Positions 1 to 9,034 of a DNA stretch of 64,000 nt are shown here, piece after piece. A program made the position numbers and the translations under genes. Source of the DNA: Acidovorax sp. YS12 (GTDB lineage Bacteria > Pseudomonadota > Gammaproteobacteria > Burkholderiales > Burkholderiaceae_C). Each line of letters starts with the position of its first letter. Within the stretch, counting starts at the first letter, position 1. Location of the stretch: contig CP053915.1 in assembly GCA_021496925.1 (NCBI GenBank), positions 2,537,260 to 2,601,259 of the forward strand. Reading direction: 5' to 3'. A model generated the notes under the pieces. The model searched no databases, was not told the origin of the DNA, and saw only the letters and a program-made list of their open reading frames with translations.

Positions 1-16
1 AGCGCTGACCGCTACC

Positions 17-2518
17 TTGCGCAGCCTTGCGGAGCTTCAACCGCCCTATGCACCCTCTTCCATCACCGTGCTGGGCGGCCCAGAACCTGCGGCACAGGAG
101 AAACTGCCGCAGTTGCGCTGGGTAGCGGTCGAAACGCTGGATGCCGTCCTCCCACTCGTGCAAATGGAGTCATGTGGCTGGATATTGGTGGTGGATGCGG
201 GCGATTGCTTCACGCCATCGGGCCTGCTGATGGTGGCGCTGGAACTGGGTCATGCCCCGCAATGCCGCGCCGTCTATGCCGATGCGCTGGTGCGCACCGA
301 TACGGGCGAGCCTGCGGCGCTCATGCGCCCGGATTTCAACCTGGACATGCTGCTGTCCTGCCCCGCGAACATGGCGCGGCACTGGCTGTTCCGCCGCGAC
401 GTATTCCTCGAAGCAGGCGGGTTCGATGCTGCCTATGCGCAGGCGCCAGAATTCGCGCTGCTGCTGCGCTTGATCGAAACCGGCGGGCTTGACGGCCTGG
501 CCCACGTGCACGAGCCCCTGCTGACCATCGCCGCGCCGCCGATGGAAAACAACGCGCATGAACTGGCCGTACTGCAGCAGCATTTGCTGGCACGCGGCTA
601 CGACAACGCCACGGTCGATGCCGCCCTGCCGGGGCGCTACCGCATCCTCTATGGGCACCAGGCGCAGCCGCTGATATCCATCATCATCCCCACCAGGGAC
701 CAATTCGCCCTGCTGGAGCGCTGCGTCAGCTCACTGCTGGAAAAGACCACCTATCCGCATTACGAGATCCTGCTGGTGGACAACGGCAGCACCGACCCGG
801 CCGCCTGCGCATGGCTCGACGGGCTGGCCGCGCTGGGCGAGGCGCGCATCCGCGTGCTGCGCTATCCGGAGGGGTTCAACTACGCCGCCATGAACAACCT
901 GGGCGCACGCGAGGCGCGCGGCGACTACCTGGTGCTGCTGAACAACGACACCGCCATCGTGCAGGGCGATTGGCTCGACGCGCTGCTCAACCATGCGCAG
1001 CGCCCCGAGGTGGGCGTGGTAGGCGCCAAGCTGCTCTACCCCAGCGGCCAGGTGCAGCACGCCGGGCTGCTGCTGGGGCTGCACGGCATGGCGGGCTACC
1101 CGTTCTCCGGGGCCGAGGCCGACGCACCGGGCTACATGCACCGGCTGGAGATCGACCAGAACTACAGCGCCGTGAGCGCCGCCTGCCTGATGGTGCGCCG
1201 GGCGCTCTACGACGAGCTGGGCGGCATGGATGCCGAAGCGTTCCCGCTGATCTGCGGCGACATGGATCTGTGCCTGCGCACACGCGCGGCGGGCTACCTG
1301 ACAGTGTGGACGCCGCACGCCGTGCTGCTGCACGAAAAGGGCGCCACCCTGCCCGCCGTGCCGCCCGAGGCCTTCGCACAGCAGCGCGAGCGCGCGCAAG
1401 ATGCGATGTACCGCCGCTGGCTGCCCGCGCTGGCACATGACCCGGCCTACAACCGCAACCTGTCGCTGCAATCGACCGAGTTCGCCGTGGAGACCGACAC
1501 GCGCCTGAACTGGAACCCGCTGCCGTGGCGCCCGCTGCCGGTGGTGTTGGCGGTGAACGCTGACGCCTTCGGCTGCGGCCACTACCGCATCATCCACCCC
1601 GGCCAGGCCATGGCGCAGGCCGGGCTGGCCGACGTGCGCGTGAGCGAGTACCACTACGGCCCCGTGGAGATGGAGCGCCTGCGGCCCGACACCTGGGTAC
1701 TGCAGCGCCTGGTGAGCGACGCGCCGTTCGAGATGGTGCGCCGTACCGCGCCGTTCACCCAGGCGTTCAAGGTGGCCGAGCTGGACGACTACCTGCTCAA
1801 CCTGCCCATGAAGAACGGGCACCGCGGCCAGCTCCCGCAGGACATGCAGCGGGTGCTGCGGCGCTGGCTCGACCTGACGGACCGGCTGGTGGTCTCCACT
1901 GCCCCGCTGGCCGAAGCAATGGCCAAGCTGCACCGCGACATCCGCGTGGTGCCCAACCGGCTGCCGCCCGAGCGCTGGGGCCGCATCGCCAGCCTGCGCA
2001 GCCAGGGCCGCCGCCCGCGCGTGGGCTGGGCCGGTGGCGCGAGCCACCAGGGCGACCTGGAGCTGATCGCCGATGTGGTCAAAGCCCTGGCGGGGGAGGT
2101 GGAGTGGGTGTTCCTCGGCATGTGCCCCGCGCCCATGCGCCCGTACCTGCACGAGCACCACGCGCCCGTCGACATCGCGTCGTACCCGCACAAGCTCGCC
2201 AGCCTGAACCTCGACCTGGCCGTGGCCCCGCTGGAGCACAACCTGTTCAACGACTGCAAGAGCAACCTGAAGCTGCTGGAGTACGGCGCCTGCGGCTACC
2301 CCGTGGTGTGCAGCGACGTGGCCGCCTACCAAGGCAGCCTGCCCGTGACGCGCGTGAAGAACCGCTACAAGGACTGGGTGGACGCCATCCGCATGCACCT
2401 GGCCGACCTGGACGCCACGGCCGCCGCGGGCGACGCGCTGCGCGATGCGATACGGCGGGACTGGATGCTGGAAGGCGCGCATCTGGACGACTGGCTGCGC
2501 GCCTGGCTGCCCGGGTGA
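17..2518 (+). CDS. Large multidomain glycosyltransferase (central GT2 domain, C-terminal GT-B-like domain); may be 5'-partial
   Basis: GT2 signature 'ISIIIPTRDQFALLERCV...YEILLVDNGSTD' and DxD-like 'LLNNDT'. C-terminal 330 aa resemble group-1 glycosyltransferases. ORF starts 16 nt from the window edge. Confidence 0.6.
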   Translation: MRSLAELQPPYAPSSITVLGGPEPAAQEKLPQLRWVAVETLDAVLPLVQMESCGWILVVDAGDCFTPSGLLMVALELGHAPQCRAVYADALVRTDTGEPAALMRPDFNLDMLLSCPANMARHWLFRRDVFLEAGGFDAAYAQAPEFALLLRLIETGGLDGLAHVHEPLLTIAAPPMENNAHELAVLQQHLLARGYDNATVDAALPGRYRILYGHQAQPLISIIIPTRDQFALLERCVSSLLEKTTYPHYEILLVDNGSTDPAACAWLDGLAALGEARIRVLRYPEGFNYAAMNNLGAREARGDYLVLLNNDTAIVQGDWLDALLNHAQRPEVGVVGAKLLYPSGQVQHAGLLLGLHGMAGYPFSGAEADAPGYMHRLEIDQNYSAVSAACLMVRRALYDELGGMDAEAFPLICGDMDLCLRTRAAGYLTVWTPHAVLLHEKGATLPAVPPEAFAQQRERAQDAMYRRWLPALAHDPAYNRNLSLQSTEFAVETDTRLNWNPLPWRPLPVVLAVNADAFGCGHYRIIHPGQAMAQAGLADVRVSEYHYGPVEMERLRPDTWVLQRLVSDAPFEMVRRTAPFTQAFKVAELDDYLLNLPMKNGHRGQLPQDMQRVLRRWLDLTDRLVVSTAPLAEAMAKLHRDIRVVPNRLPPERWGRIASLRSQGRRPRVGWAGGASHQGDLELIADVVKALAGEVEWVFLGMCPAPMRPYLHEHHAPVDIASYPHKLASLNLDLAVAPLEHNLFNDCKSNLKLLEYGACGYPVVCSDVAAYQGSLPVTRVKNRYKDWVDAIRMHLADLDATAAAGDALRDAIRRDWMLEGAHLDDWLRAWLPG

Positions 2519-2545
2519 AACGCGCCACGCCCGTGCATCGGACAT

Positions 2546-2606
2546 CAAAAACCATAGCTGCCAGCGCTTGCCAGACAAGCGCTGGAGGCCCAAAAAGCTA
2601 TAAGTT
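2546..2606. repeat. REP-like nested palindromic element (ATAGCTGCCAGCGCTTG-N5-CAAGCGCTGG...AGCTAT)
   Basis: Inverted-repeat arms read directly; same arm sequence recurs at least 8 more times in the window. Confidence 0.6.
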
Positions 2607-2658
2607 CTCAAGCACTGGACGCCGCCAGCCGATACATTGATACGATTGCGCATCCCCG

Positions 2659-2695
2659 CCGTGCCCGGCGCCACTGGCTGGGCACGGTCTTTTTG
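2659..2695 (+). terminator. Rho-independent terminator-like hairpin after the glycosyltransferase gene
   Basis: CCGTGCCC-N13-GGGCACGG followed by TCTTTTT. Confidence 0.4.
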
Positions 2696-2727
2696 ACCGG
2701 CCCGCCCACGTCTCCTACTCCTCCGAC

Positions 2728-3588
2728 ATGTTCGTCCTCATTGGCTATGCCATCACTTTTGGGTGCGTTTTTGGCGTGTTCGTGGCCCACGGCGGCAACG
2801 TGCATGTGCTGCTGGAGGCGCTGCCGTTTGAAATGATCACCATCGGCGGCGCGGCCCTGGGGGCGCTCATCGTGAACAACCAGCCCAAGGTGCTCAAGGC
2901 CACGATGGCCGCCATTCCCGCGGCACTCAAGGGCAACAAGTACACCAAGGCGCGCTACATGGACCTGATGGCGCTGCTCTACGACATCCTGCAAAAGGCA
3001 CGCAAGGAAGGCCTGATGGCGATCGAGGGCGACGTGGAGAACCCCAAGGAATCGCCGCTTTTCACCAAGTACCCCGGGGTGGGCACGGACCACCACGTGG
3101 TCGAGTTCATGACCGACTACCTGCGCATGATGGTGTCGGGCAACCTCAACGCGCACGAGATCGAGTCGCTGATGGACAGCGAGATCGAGACCCACCACCA
3201 GGAGGCCCATGCCCCGGTGGCGGCGCTCACGCGCCTGGCGGGCGCGCTGCCCGCCTTCGGTATCGTGGCGGCGGTGCTGGGCGTGGTGAACACCATGGGC
3301 TCGGTGGGCCAGCCGCCCGCCGTGCTCGGCGGCATGATCGCCTCGGCACTGGTGGGCACGTTCCTGGGCATCTTGCTGGCGTATGGCCTGGTCGAGCCCA
3401 TCGCCGGCCTGCTGGAGCAGAAGGCCGAGGACGCCGCCAAGGAGTTCGAGTGCATCAAGTCCACCCTGCTCGCCAGCATGCAGGGCTACAACCCGGCCAC
3501 GGCCATCGAGTTCGGGCGCAAGGTGCTGTTCTCCACCGACCGCCCCACCTTCATCGAGCTGGAAAGCCACGTGAAGGGCAAGAAGTAA
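2728..3588 (+). CDS. motA: Flagellar motor stator protein MotA
   Basis: 286 aa; MotA/TolQ/ExbB fold; C-terminal motif 'LVGTFLGILLAYGLVEPIA'. Immediately followed by motB. Confidence 0.9.
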   Translation: MFVLIGYAITFGCVFGVFVAHGGNVHVLLEALPFEMITIGGAALGALIVNNQPKVLKATMAAIPAALKGNKYTKARYMDLMALLYDILQKARKEGLMAIEGDVENPKESPLFTKYPGVGTDHHVVEFMTDYLRMMVSGNLNAHEIESLMDSEIETHHQEAHAPVAALTRLAGALPAFGIVAAVLGVVNTMGSVGQPPAVLGGMIASALVGTFLGILLAYGLVEPIAGLLEQKAEDAAKEFECIKSTLLASMQGYNPATAIEFGRKVLFSTDRPTFIELESHVKGKK

Positions 3589-3621
3589 GCCCGCGCCCCA
3601 AGCCCGCCACCACGCAACGCC

Positions 3622-4557
3622 ATGGCAGAAAAGAAGCTCCAGCCCATCATCATCAAGCGCGTCAAGAAAACCGCGCATGCCGCGCATGGCGGGGCCTGGA
3701 AGATCGCCTACGCCGACTTCGTCACTGCGATGATGGCCTTCTTCCTGCTCATGTGGCTGCTGGGCTCCACGGCCAAGGGCGACCTGCAGGGCATCGCGGC
3801 CTACTTCGCCTCGCCGCTCAAGGTGGCGATGGCCGGCGGCGACGGCGCGGGCAACAGTTCCAGCGTGATCCCCGGCGGCGGCACGGATCTGTCCAAGGTG
3901 CACGGCCAGGTGCGCCGCTCCGACTCCCCGGACGACACCAACCGCCGCATGGACCTGAGTTCGCGCGCCGAACGCGCGCGCCAGGACGCGGCGCGCATCC
4001 GCGCGCTGCACGCCAAGATCGACGCGATGATCACGGAGAACGCCAAGCTCAACGAGTACCGCTCGCAGATCCGCATCGACGTGACGCCCGACGGCCTGCA
4101 GATCCAGATCGTCGACGACCAGAACCGTCCCATGTTCGACAGCGGCAGCGCCCTGGTGAAACCCTACATGCGCGACATCCTGGGCGCCATCGGTTCGGCC
4201 CTGGGCGGGGTGGAAAACCGCGTGAGCCTGGCCGGCCACACCGACGCCACGCCCTACGGCAACGGCGAGCGCGGCTACAGCAACTGGGAGCTTTCTGCCG
4301 ACCGGGCCAATGCCTCGCGCCGCGAGCTGGTGGCCGCCGGCATGCCCGACGCCAAGCTGGCCCGCGTAGTGGGCCTGGCCGCCAGCGACCCGCTGGAGCC
4401 CACCAACCCGCGCGCGGCCATCAACCGGCGCATTACCATCACCATCCTGACCCGGGAGGCCGAGGAACGCCTGCTGGGCAAACAGCCCCGCGAAGTCCCG
4501 ATTGAACAATTGCTTCCTGAAAAGCAGGACAATCCCTCACCGGGTAAGCAGCCGTAA
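3622..4557 (+). CDS. motB: Flagellar motor protein MotB (OmpA-like peptidoglycan-binding domain)
   Basis: N-terminal TM '[20 protein letters not shown]'; C-terminal OmpA-like '[36 protein letters not shown]'. Confidence 0.9.
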   Translation: MAEKKLQPIIIKRVKKTAHAAHGGAWKIAYADFVTAMMAFFLLMWLLGSTAKGDLQGIAAYFASPLKVAMAGGDGAGNSSSVIPGGGTDLSKVHGQVRRSDSPDDTNRRMDLSSRAERARQDAARIRALHAKIDAMITENAKLNEYRSQIRIDVTPDGLQIQIVDDQNRPMFDSGSALVKPYMRDILGAIGSALGGVENRVSLAGHTDATPYGNGERGYSNWELSADRANASRRELVAAGMPDAKLARVVGLAASDPLEPTNPRAAINRRITITILTREAEERLLGKQPREVPIEQLLPEKQDNPSPGKQP

Positions 4558-4622
4558 CCACTTGTCACAACGGCCGCGCCCATGAGACCATTGACCATAA
4601 ATACCGACCGAAAGGGTCCCAC

Positions 4623-5006
4623 GTGGCAGACCTTCGTTTCTTGATCGTTGACGACTTCTCGACCATGCGGCGCATCGTCCGCAACCTGCTGAAGGAAAGC
4701 GGCTTCGCCGATGCCGACGAGGCAGAGGATGGCGTCGCCGCCTTGCAGAAACTGCGCAATGGCAAATTTGATTTCGTGGTAACGGACATCAACATGCCGA
4801 ACATGAATGGCTTCCAGCTGCTGGCCGAGATCAAGGGAGACGAGAAGCTCAAGCACCTTCCCGTGCTGATGGTCACGGCCGAGGCGCGCAAGGAAGACAT
4901 CGTGGCGGCCGCGCAGGGCGGTGCCGCCGGCTACATCGTCAAGCCCTTCACCAAGGCCACGCTGGAGGAGAAGGTGACCTTGATCCTCAAGAAGATGGGG
5001 CTATGA
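4623..5006 (+). CDS. cheY: Chemotaxis response regulator CheY (GTG start)
   Basis: Near-colinear with E. coli CheY ('[20 protein letters not shown]...[10 protein letters not shown]...VKPFT'). Confidence 0.9.
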   Translation: MADLRFLIVDDFSTMRRIVRNLLKESGFADADEAEDGVAALQKLRNGKFDFVVTDINMPNMNGFQLLAEIKGDEKLKHLPVLMVTAEARKEDIVAAAQGGAAGYIVKPFTKATLEEKVTLILKKMGL

Positions 5007-5010
5007 AACC

Positions 5011-5652
5011 ATGGACACCCCGGAAACACCGTCGAACAGCGCACCCGACGTACACCAGAAAATCGGCCTCCTGACGCGCCAGCTGCACGACGCGCTCAAC
5101 CAGTTGGGTTACGCCGACAAGCTGCGCGGCAGCGCGGGGGAGCTGCCAGATGCGCAGAACCGCCTGTCCTACATCGCCCGCCTGACGGGCGAGGCGGCGG
5201 AAAAGGTGCTGGGGCGCGTGGAACAGGCCAAGACCCAGCACGAGTACATCGCGGCCGAGACCAAGCGCGTGCTCGATGCGCTGGTGAAAGATCCCGTCGC
5301 CACCGTGGCCAAGGGCGAGATCTACAACCATCTGGTGGACATGGAACGCGTGACCAAGGAGGCCGACGAGCACCTTACCGAGATCATGATGGCGCAGGAT
5401 TTCCACGATCTGACCGGCCAGGTGATCGCGCGCGTGGTGACCCTTGCCTCGACGATCGAGCAGCAGCTGGTGCAGCTGCTGGTGCAGACCGCGCCCGCCA
5501 GCGCCCTGCCGGCGGCCGCTCCGGCACCGGCGGCGCCTGCAGTGCAAGAGCGCCCGCACCTGCCCGGCCCCGTGGTGGACCCCGAAAATACCCCGGATGT
5601 GGTCACCGACCAGTCACAAGTGGACGATCTGCTCGCCAGTCTGGGTTTTTAA
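5011..5652 (+). CDS. cheZ: CheY-P phosphatase CheZ
   Basis: 213 aa; CheZ-like helical protein with catalytic region 'ETKRVLDAL...IMMAQDFHDLTGQVI'. Directly after cheY. Confidence 0.85.
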   Translation: MDTPETPSNSAPDVHQKIGLLTRQLHDALNQLGYADKLRGSAGELPDAQNRLSYIARLTGEAAEKVLGRVEQAKTQHEYIAAETKRVLDALVKDPVATVAKGEIYNHLVDMERVTKEADEHLTEIMMAQDFHDLTGQVIARVVTLASTIEQQLVQLLVQTAPASALPAAAPAPAAPAVQERPHLPGPVVDPENTPDVVTDQSQVDDLLASLGF

Positions 5653-5675
5653 CCGCGCGCCAAGCCGCCTGCCAA

Positions 5676-5720
5676 GGCCGAATAGCACCCCTTCGGGGGC
5701 GCTATTCGGCCTTTAGTTTT
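5676..5720 (+). terminator. Rho-independent terminator after cheZ
   Basis: GGCCGAATAGC-ACCCCTTCGGGGGC-GCTATTCGGCC followed by TTTAGTTTT. Confidence 0.55.
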
Positions 5721-5765
5721 GGCACTGCCTCACGACAATGGCACGACCCTTAGTGTCGTGCCCCC

Positions 5766-6941
5766 ATGGACTCCAGCCAAGACAAGAACCTACCAGCCAC
5801 CGGACGCAAGCTGCAAAAAGCCCGCGATGACGGCCAGGCTGCACGTTCGCGCGACCTCTCGCATCTGGCCATCCTGGGCGTCGGTGCCGCCGCCATGGCG
5901 GTGCTGGCCCGCCCCCTGGTCGATCACCTGCAATTCGCGTTGGGGCAACAGCTGCGCTTCAACGCCGAGACGGTGCAGGGCCCGCATTTCATGCTCCTTC
6001 GCCTGCAGGACATGGTGCTGACGGGCCTGGGCGCCAGCCTGCTTTTCGCGCTGCTGACCTGCTTCGCCACGGTGGCCAGCGCCATCGCCGCAGGCGGCTG
6101 GATCTACAGCTTCAAGCCCATCGCCCCCCAATTCAACCGGCTCAACCCCCTCCAGGGCTTTGCCAACCTGTTTTCCAAGCAGCAACTGGTCAACGTGGCC
6201 AAGATGCTGTTCATGACGACGGTGCTCACCTTCGTCGCCTGGAAGTATTTCAGCAACGGCATCGAGCAGGTGGTGATCGTGGCGCTGCAGCCCTCCAAGC
6301 TGGCCATCAGCCACGTGGCCCACTGGCTCATGATGGGCATGGCTCTGCTGCTGCTGGTCGTTTTCCTGGTGGCCCTGATCGATGTGCCGCTGCAGGCCAT
6401 CCTGTTCAAGTCGCGCCTGAAGATGTCGCACGAGGAAGTCAAGAACGAGCACAAGGAAGCGGAAGGCAACCCGCAGATCAAGGGCAAGATCCGCCAGAAG
6501 CAGCGCGAGATCGCCGACCGCGCCAGCGTGAACGCCGTCCCCAAGGCCGACTTCGTGGTCATGAACCCGACCCACTACGCCGTGGCGCTGCGCTACGACG
6601 ACCAGACCATGAACGCGCCGCAGGTGATTTCCAAGGGGACCGACCTGGTCGCCTTCAAGATCCGCGACCTGGCCAACAGCCACCAGATCCCCGTGCTGCA
6701 GTCCCCGATGCTGGCGCGTGCGCTGTACGCACACGCCGAGCTGGACCAGCCCATCCCCGCGCAGCTGTATGCCGCCGTGGCCCAGGTGCTGGCCTACGTG
6801 TACCGCCTCAAGGCCGCCCTGCGCGGCGAAGGGCGCATGCCCGAGGCCCTGGCGGAGCCCTTCGTTCCGCCCGAACTGGACCCGCACCACTCCGCCGCCC
6901 GTACCCAGGCACCCCGGACGCCTGAAGGAAGCGCCGCATGA
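5766..6941 (+). CDS. flhB: Flagellar export apparatus protein FlhB
   Basis: 391 aa; autocleavage motif NPTH ('VVMNPTHYAV'). Confidence 0.9.
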   Translation: MDSSQDKNLPATGRKLQKARDDGQAARSRDLSHLAILGVGAAAMAVLARPLVDHLQFALGQQLRFNAETVQGPHFMLLRLQDMVLTGLGASLLFALLTCFATVASAIAAGGWIYSFKPIAPQFNRLNPLQGFANLFSKQQLVNVAKMLFMTTVLTFVAWKYFSNGIEQVVIVALQPSKLAISHVAHWLMMGMALLLLVVFLVALIDVPLQAILFKSRLKMSHEEVKNEHKEAEGNPQIKGKIRQKQREIADRASVNAVPKADFVVMNPTHYAVALRYDDQTMNAPQVISKGTDLVAFKIRDLANSHQIPVLQSPMLARALYAHAELDQPIPAQLYAAVAQVLAYVYRLKAALRGEGRMPEALAEPFVPPELDPHHSAARTQAPRTPEGSAA

Positions 6942-9034
6942 ACACCTCTCTGACCGCATTGCGCCAGTGGACCAGCAGCAACGGTGCCATGGTCCAGGGC
7001 CTGTCCGCCCCGCTGCTCGTGGTGGCCATCCTGGCACTCATGGTGCTGCCCATCCCGGCCTGGCTGCTCGATACCTTCTTCACCCTCAACATCGCCGTGG
7101 CGCTGATGGTGATGATGGTGGCCGCGTACATGATCCGGCCGCTGGATTTCGCCGCCTTCCCCTCGGTGCTGCTGCTGACTACGCTGATGCGCCTGTCGCT
7201 CAACGTCGCCTCCACCCGCGTGGTGCTGCTGGAAGGCCACACCGGCCCGGGCGCGGCCGGCGCGGTGATCGAGGCCTTCGGCCACTTCCTGATCGGCGGC
7301 AACTTCGCGGTCGGCCTGATCGTGTTCGCCATCCTCGTGGTCATCAACTTCGTCGTGGTGACCAAGGGCGCCGAGCGTATCGCCGAAGTGTCGGCGCGCT
7401 TCACCCTGGACGCCATGCCCGGCAAGCAGATGGCGGTGGACGCCGACCTCAACGCCGGCCTCATCAACGAGGACGAAGCCAAGCGCCGCCGCGCCGAGGT
7501 GCAGGAAGAAGCCGCCTTCTTCGGCTCCATGGACGGCGCCAGCAAGTTCGTGCGCGGCGACGCCGTTGCCGGCATCCTGATCCTGCTCATCAACATCGTC
7601 GGCGGCTTCGCCATCGGCATGGCGCAGCACGGCCTGTCAGCCAGCGAAGCCGCCAACAGCTACATCCTGCTGGCGGTCGGCGACGCGCTGGTGGCGCAGA
7701 TCCCCGGCCTGCTGATCTCCGTGGCTGCCGCCATGGTGATCTCGCGCGTGGGCAAGGAGCAGGACATGGGCGGCCAGATCGTGCGCCAGCTCTTCATGTC
7801 GCCGCGCGTGCTGGGCGTCACGGCCGGCATCCTGGTCCTGCTGGGCCTGATCCCCGGCATGCCGCACGTGGTGTTTCTCGCCATGGGCAGCCTGTTCGGC
7901 TACGGCGCCTGGCTGCTGGTACAGCGTGAGAAGCAGGCCGCAGCCACGGCCGCAGCCGCGACCGAAGCCCCTCCCGCCCCGGCGAGCGACGGCGAAGCCA
8001 GCTGGGACGATCTGCAGCCCATCGACCTGCTGGGCCTGGAGCTGGGCTACCGCCTGATCGCGCTGGTGGACAAGAGCCGCCAAGGCGACCTGCTCACGCG
8101 CATCAAGGGCGTGCGGCGCAAGTTCGCGCAGGAGGTGGGCTTCCTGCCGCCCGCCGTGCACGTGCGCGACAACCTCGAACTCAAGCCCAGCGCGTACCGC
8201 ATCACGCTGCGCGGCGTGGTCGTGGGCGAGGGCGAGGCCTTCCCCGGCATGTTCCTGGCCATCAACCCCGGCGGCATCAGCACGCCGCTGATCGGCACGC
8301 CCACCACCGACCCGGCGTTCGGCCTGCCCGCGCACTGGATCGACGGCGCGCAGCGCGAAGCGGCGCAAATGGCCGGTTTCACGGTCGTTGATTCCGAGAC
8401 CGTGATGGCCACCCATTTGTCACACTTGATGCAAGTGCACGCCGCCAAGCTCCTGTCGCGCACCGAGACGCAGCAACTCGTGGAGCACGTGGCAAGGCTG
8501 GCACCCAAGCTCATCGAAGAGGTGGTACCGAAGATGGTCTCGATCACGACCTTCCAGAAGGTGCTGCAGCTTCTGCTGGAGGAATCCGTGCATATCCGCG
8601 ACATCCGCACCATCATCGAAACACTGGCCGAGCACGCCACCGCCACGCAGGATCCGGTGGAGCTGGCGCGCCGCGTGCGCATCGCGCTGTCGCCCGCCAT
8701 CGTCCAGCAGATCTACGGGCCCACGCGCGAACTCAGCGTGATCGCCATCGAGCCCGGCTTGGAGCGCCTGCTGGTGCAAGCCCTGGGCAATGCCGCCAAC
8801 GGCCCCTCGCTCGACCCTGGCGTGGCCGACATGCTCACGCAAAAAGCTGCCGAAGTCGCCCTGCACCAGGAGGAAATGGGCATGCCCGCCTGCCTGCTCG
8901 TGCCCGACGCCATCCGGGGCGCCATTTCCCGCCTGGTGCGCCGCGTCGCGCCCCGGCTGCAGGTACTCGCGCACAGCGAGATCCCTGAAACCCACACCAT
9001 CCGCATCGGCCCGATTCTCAAAGGTGCAGCATGA
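6938..9034 (+). CDS. flhA: Flagellar export apparatus protein FlhA
   Basis: 698 aa; FHIPEP family; start overlaps flhB stop (ATGA). Confidence 0.92.
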   Translation: MNTSLTALRQWTSSNGAMVQGLSAPLLVVAILALMVLPIPAWLLDTFFTLNIAVALMVMMVAAYMIRPLDFAAFPSVLLLTTLMRLSLNVASTRVVLLEGHTGPGAAGAVIEAFGHFLIGGNFAVGLIVFAILVVINFVVVTKGAERIAEVSARFTLDAMPGKQMAVDADLNAGLINEDEAKRRRAEVQEEAAFFGSMDGASKFVRGDAVAGILILLINIVGGFAIGMAQHGLSASEAANSYILLAVGDALVAQIPGLLISVAAAMVISRVGKEQDMGGQIVRQLFMSPRVLGVTAGILVLLGLIPGMPHVVFLAMGSLFGYGAWLLVQREKQAAATAAAATEAPPAPASDGEASWDDLQPIDLLGLELGYRLIALVDKSRQGDLLTRIKGVRRKFAQEVGFLPPAVHVRDNLELKPSAYRITLRGVVVGEGEAFPGMFLAINPGGISTPLIGTPTTDPAFGLPAHWIDGAQREAAQMAGFTVVDSETVMATHLSHLMQVHAAKLLSRTETQQLVEHVARLAPKLIEEVVPKMVSITTFQKVLQLLLEESVHIRDIRTIIETLAEHATATQDPVELARRVRIALSPAIVQQIYGPTRELSVIAIEPGLERLLVQALGNAANGPSLDPGVADMLTQKAAEVALHQEEMGMPACLLVPDAIRGAISRLVRRVAPRLQVLAHSEIPETHTIRIGPILKGAA

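Noticed and set aside
2600-2640. Possible sigma-28 promoter upstream of motA (TAAGTTCT ... GCCGATAC)
   Set aside because: Spacer length between the -35-like and -10-like elements is 19 nt against the 11 nt expected, so the match is not convincing.
5720-5765. Two TGGCAC motifs (TGGCACtgcctCACGA, TGGCACgacccTTAGT) upstream of flhB, possible sigma-54 promoters
   Set aside because: The -12 elements lack the conserved GC (TTGCW), so promoter status is unsupported without TSS data. Left as a note only.
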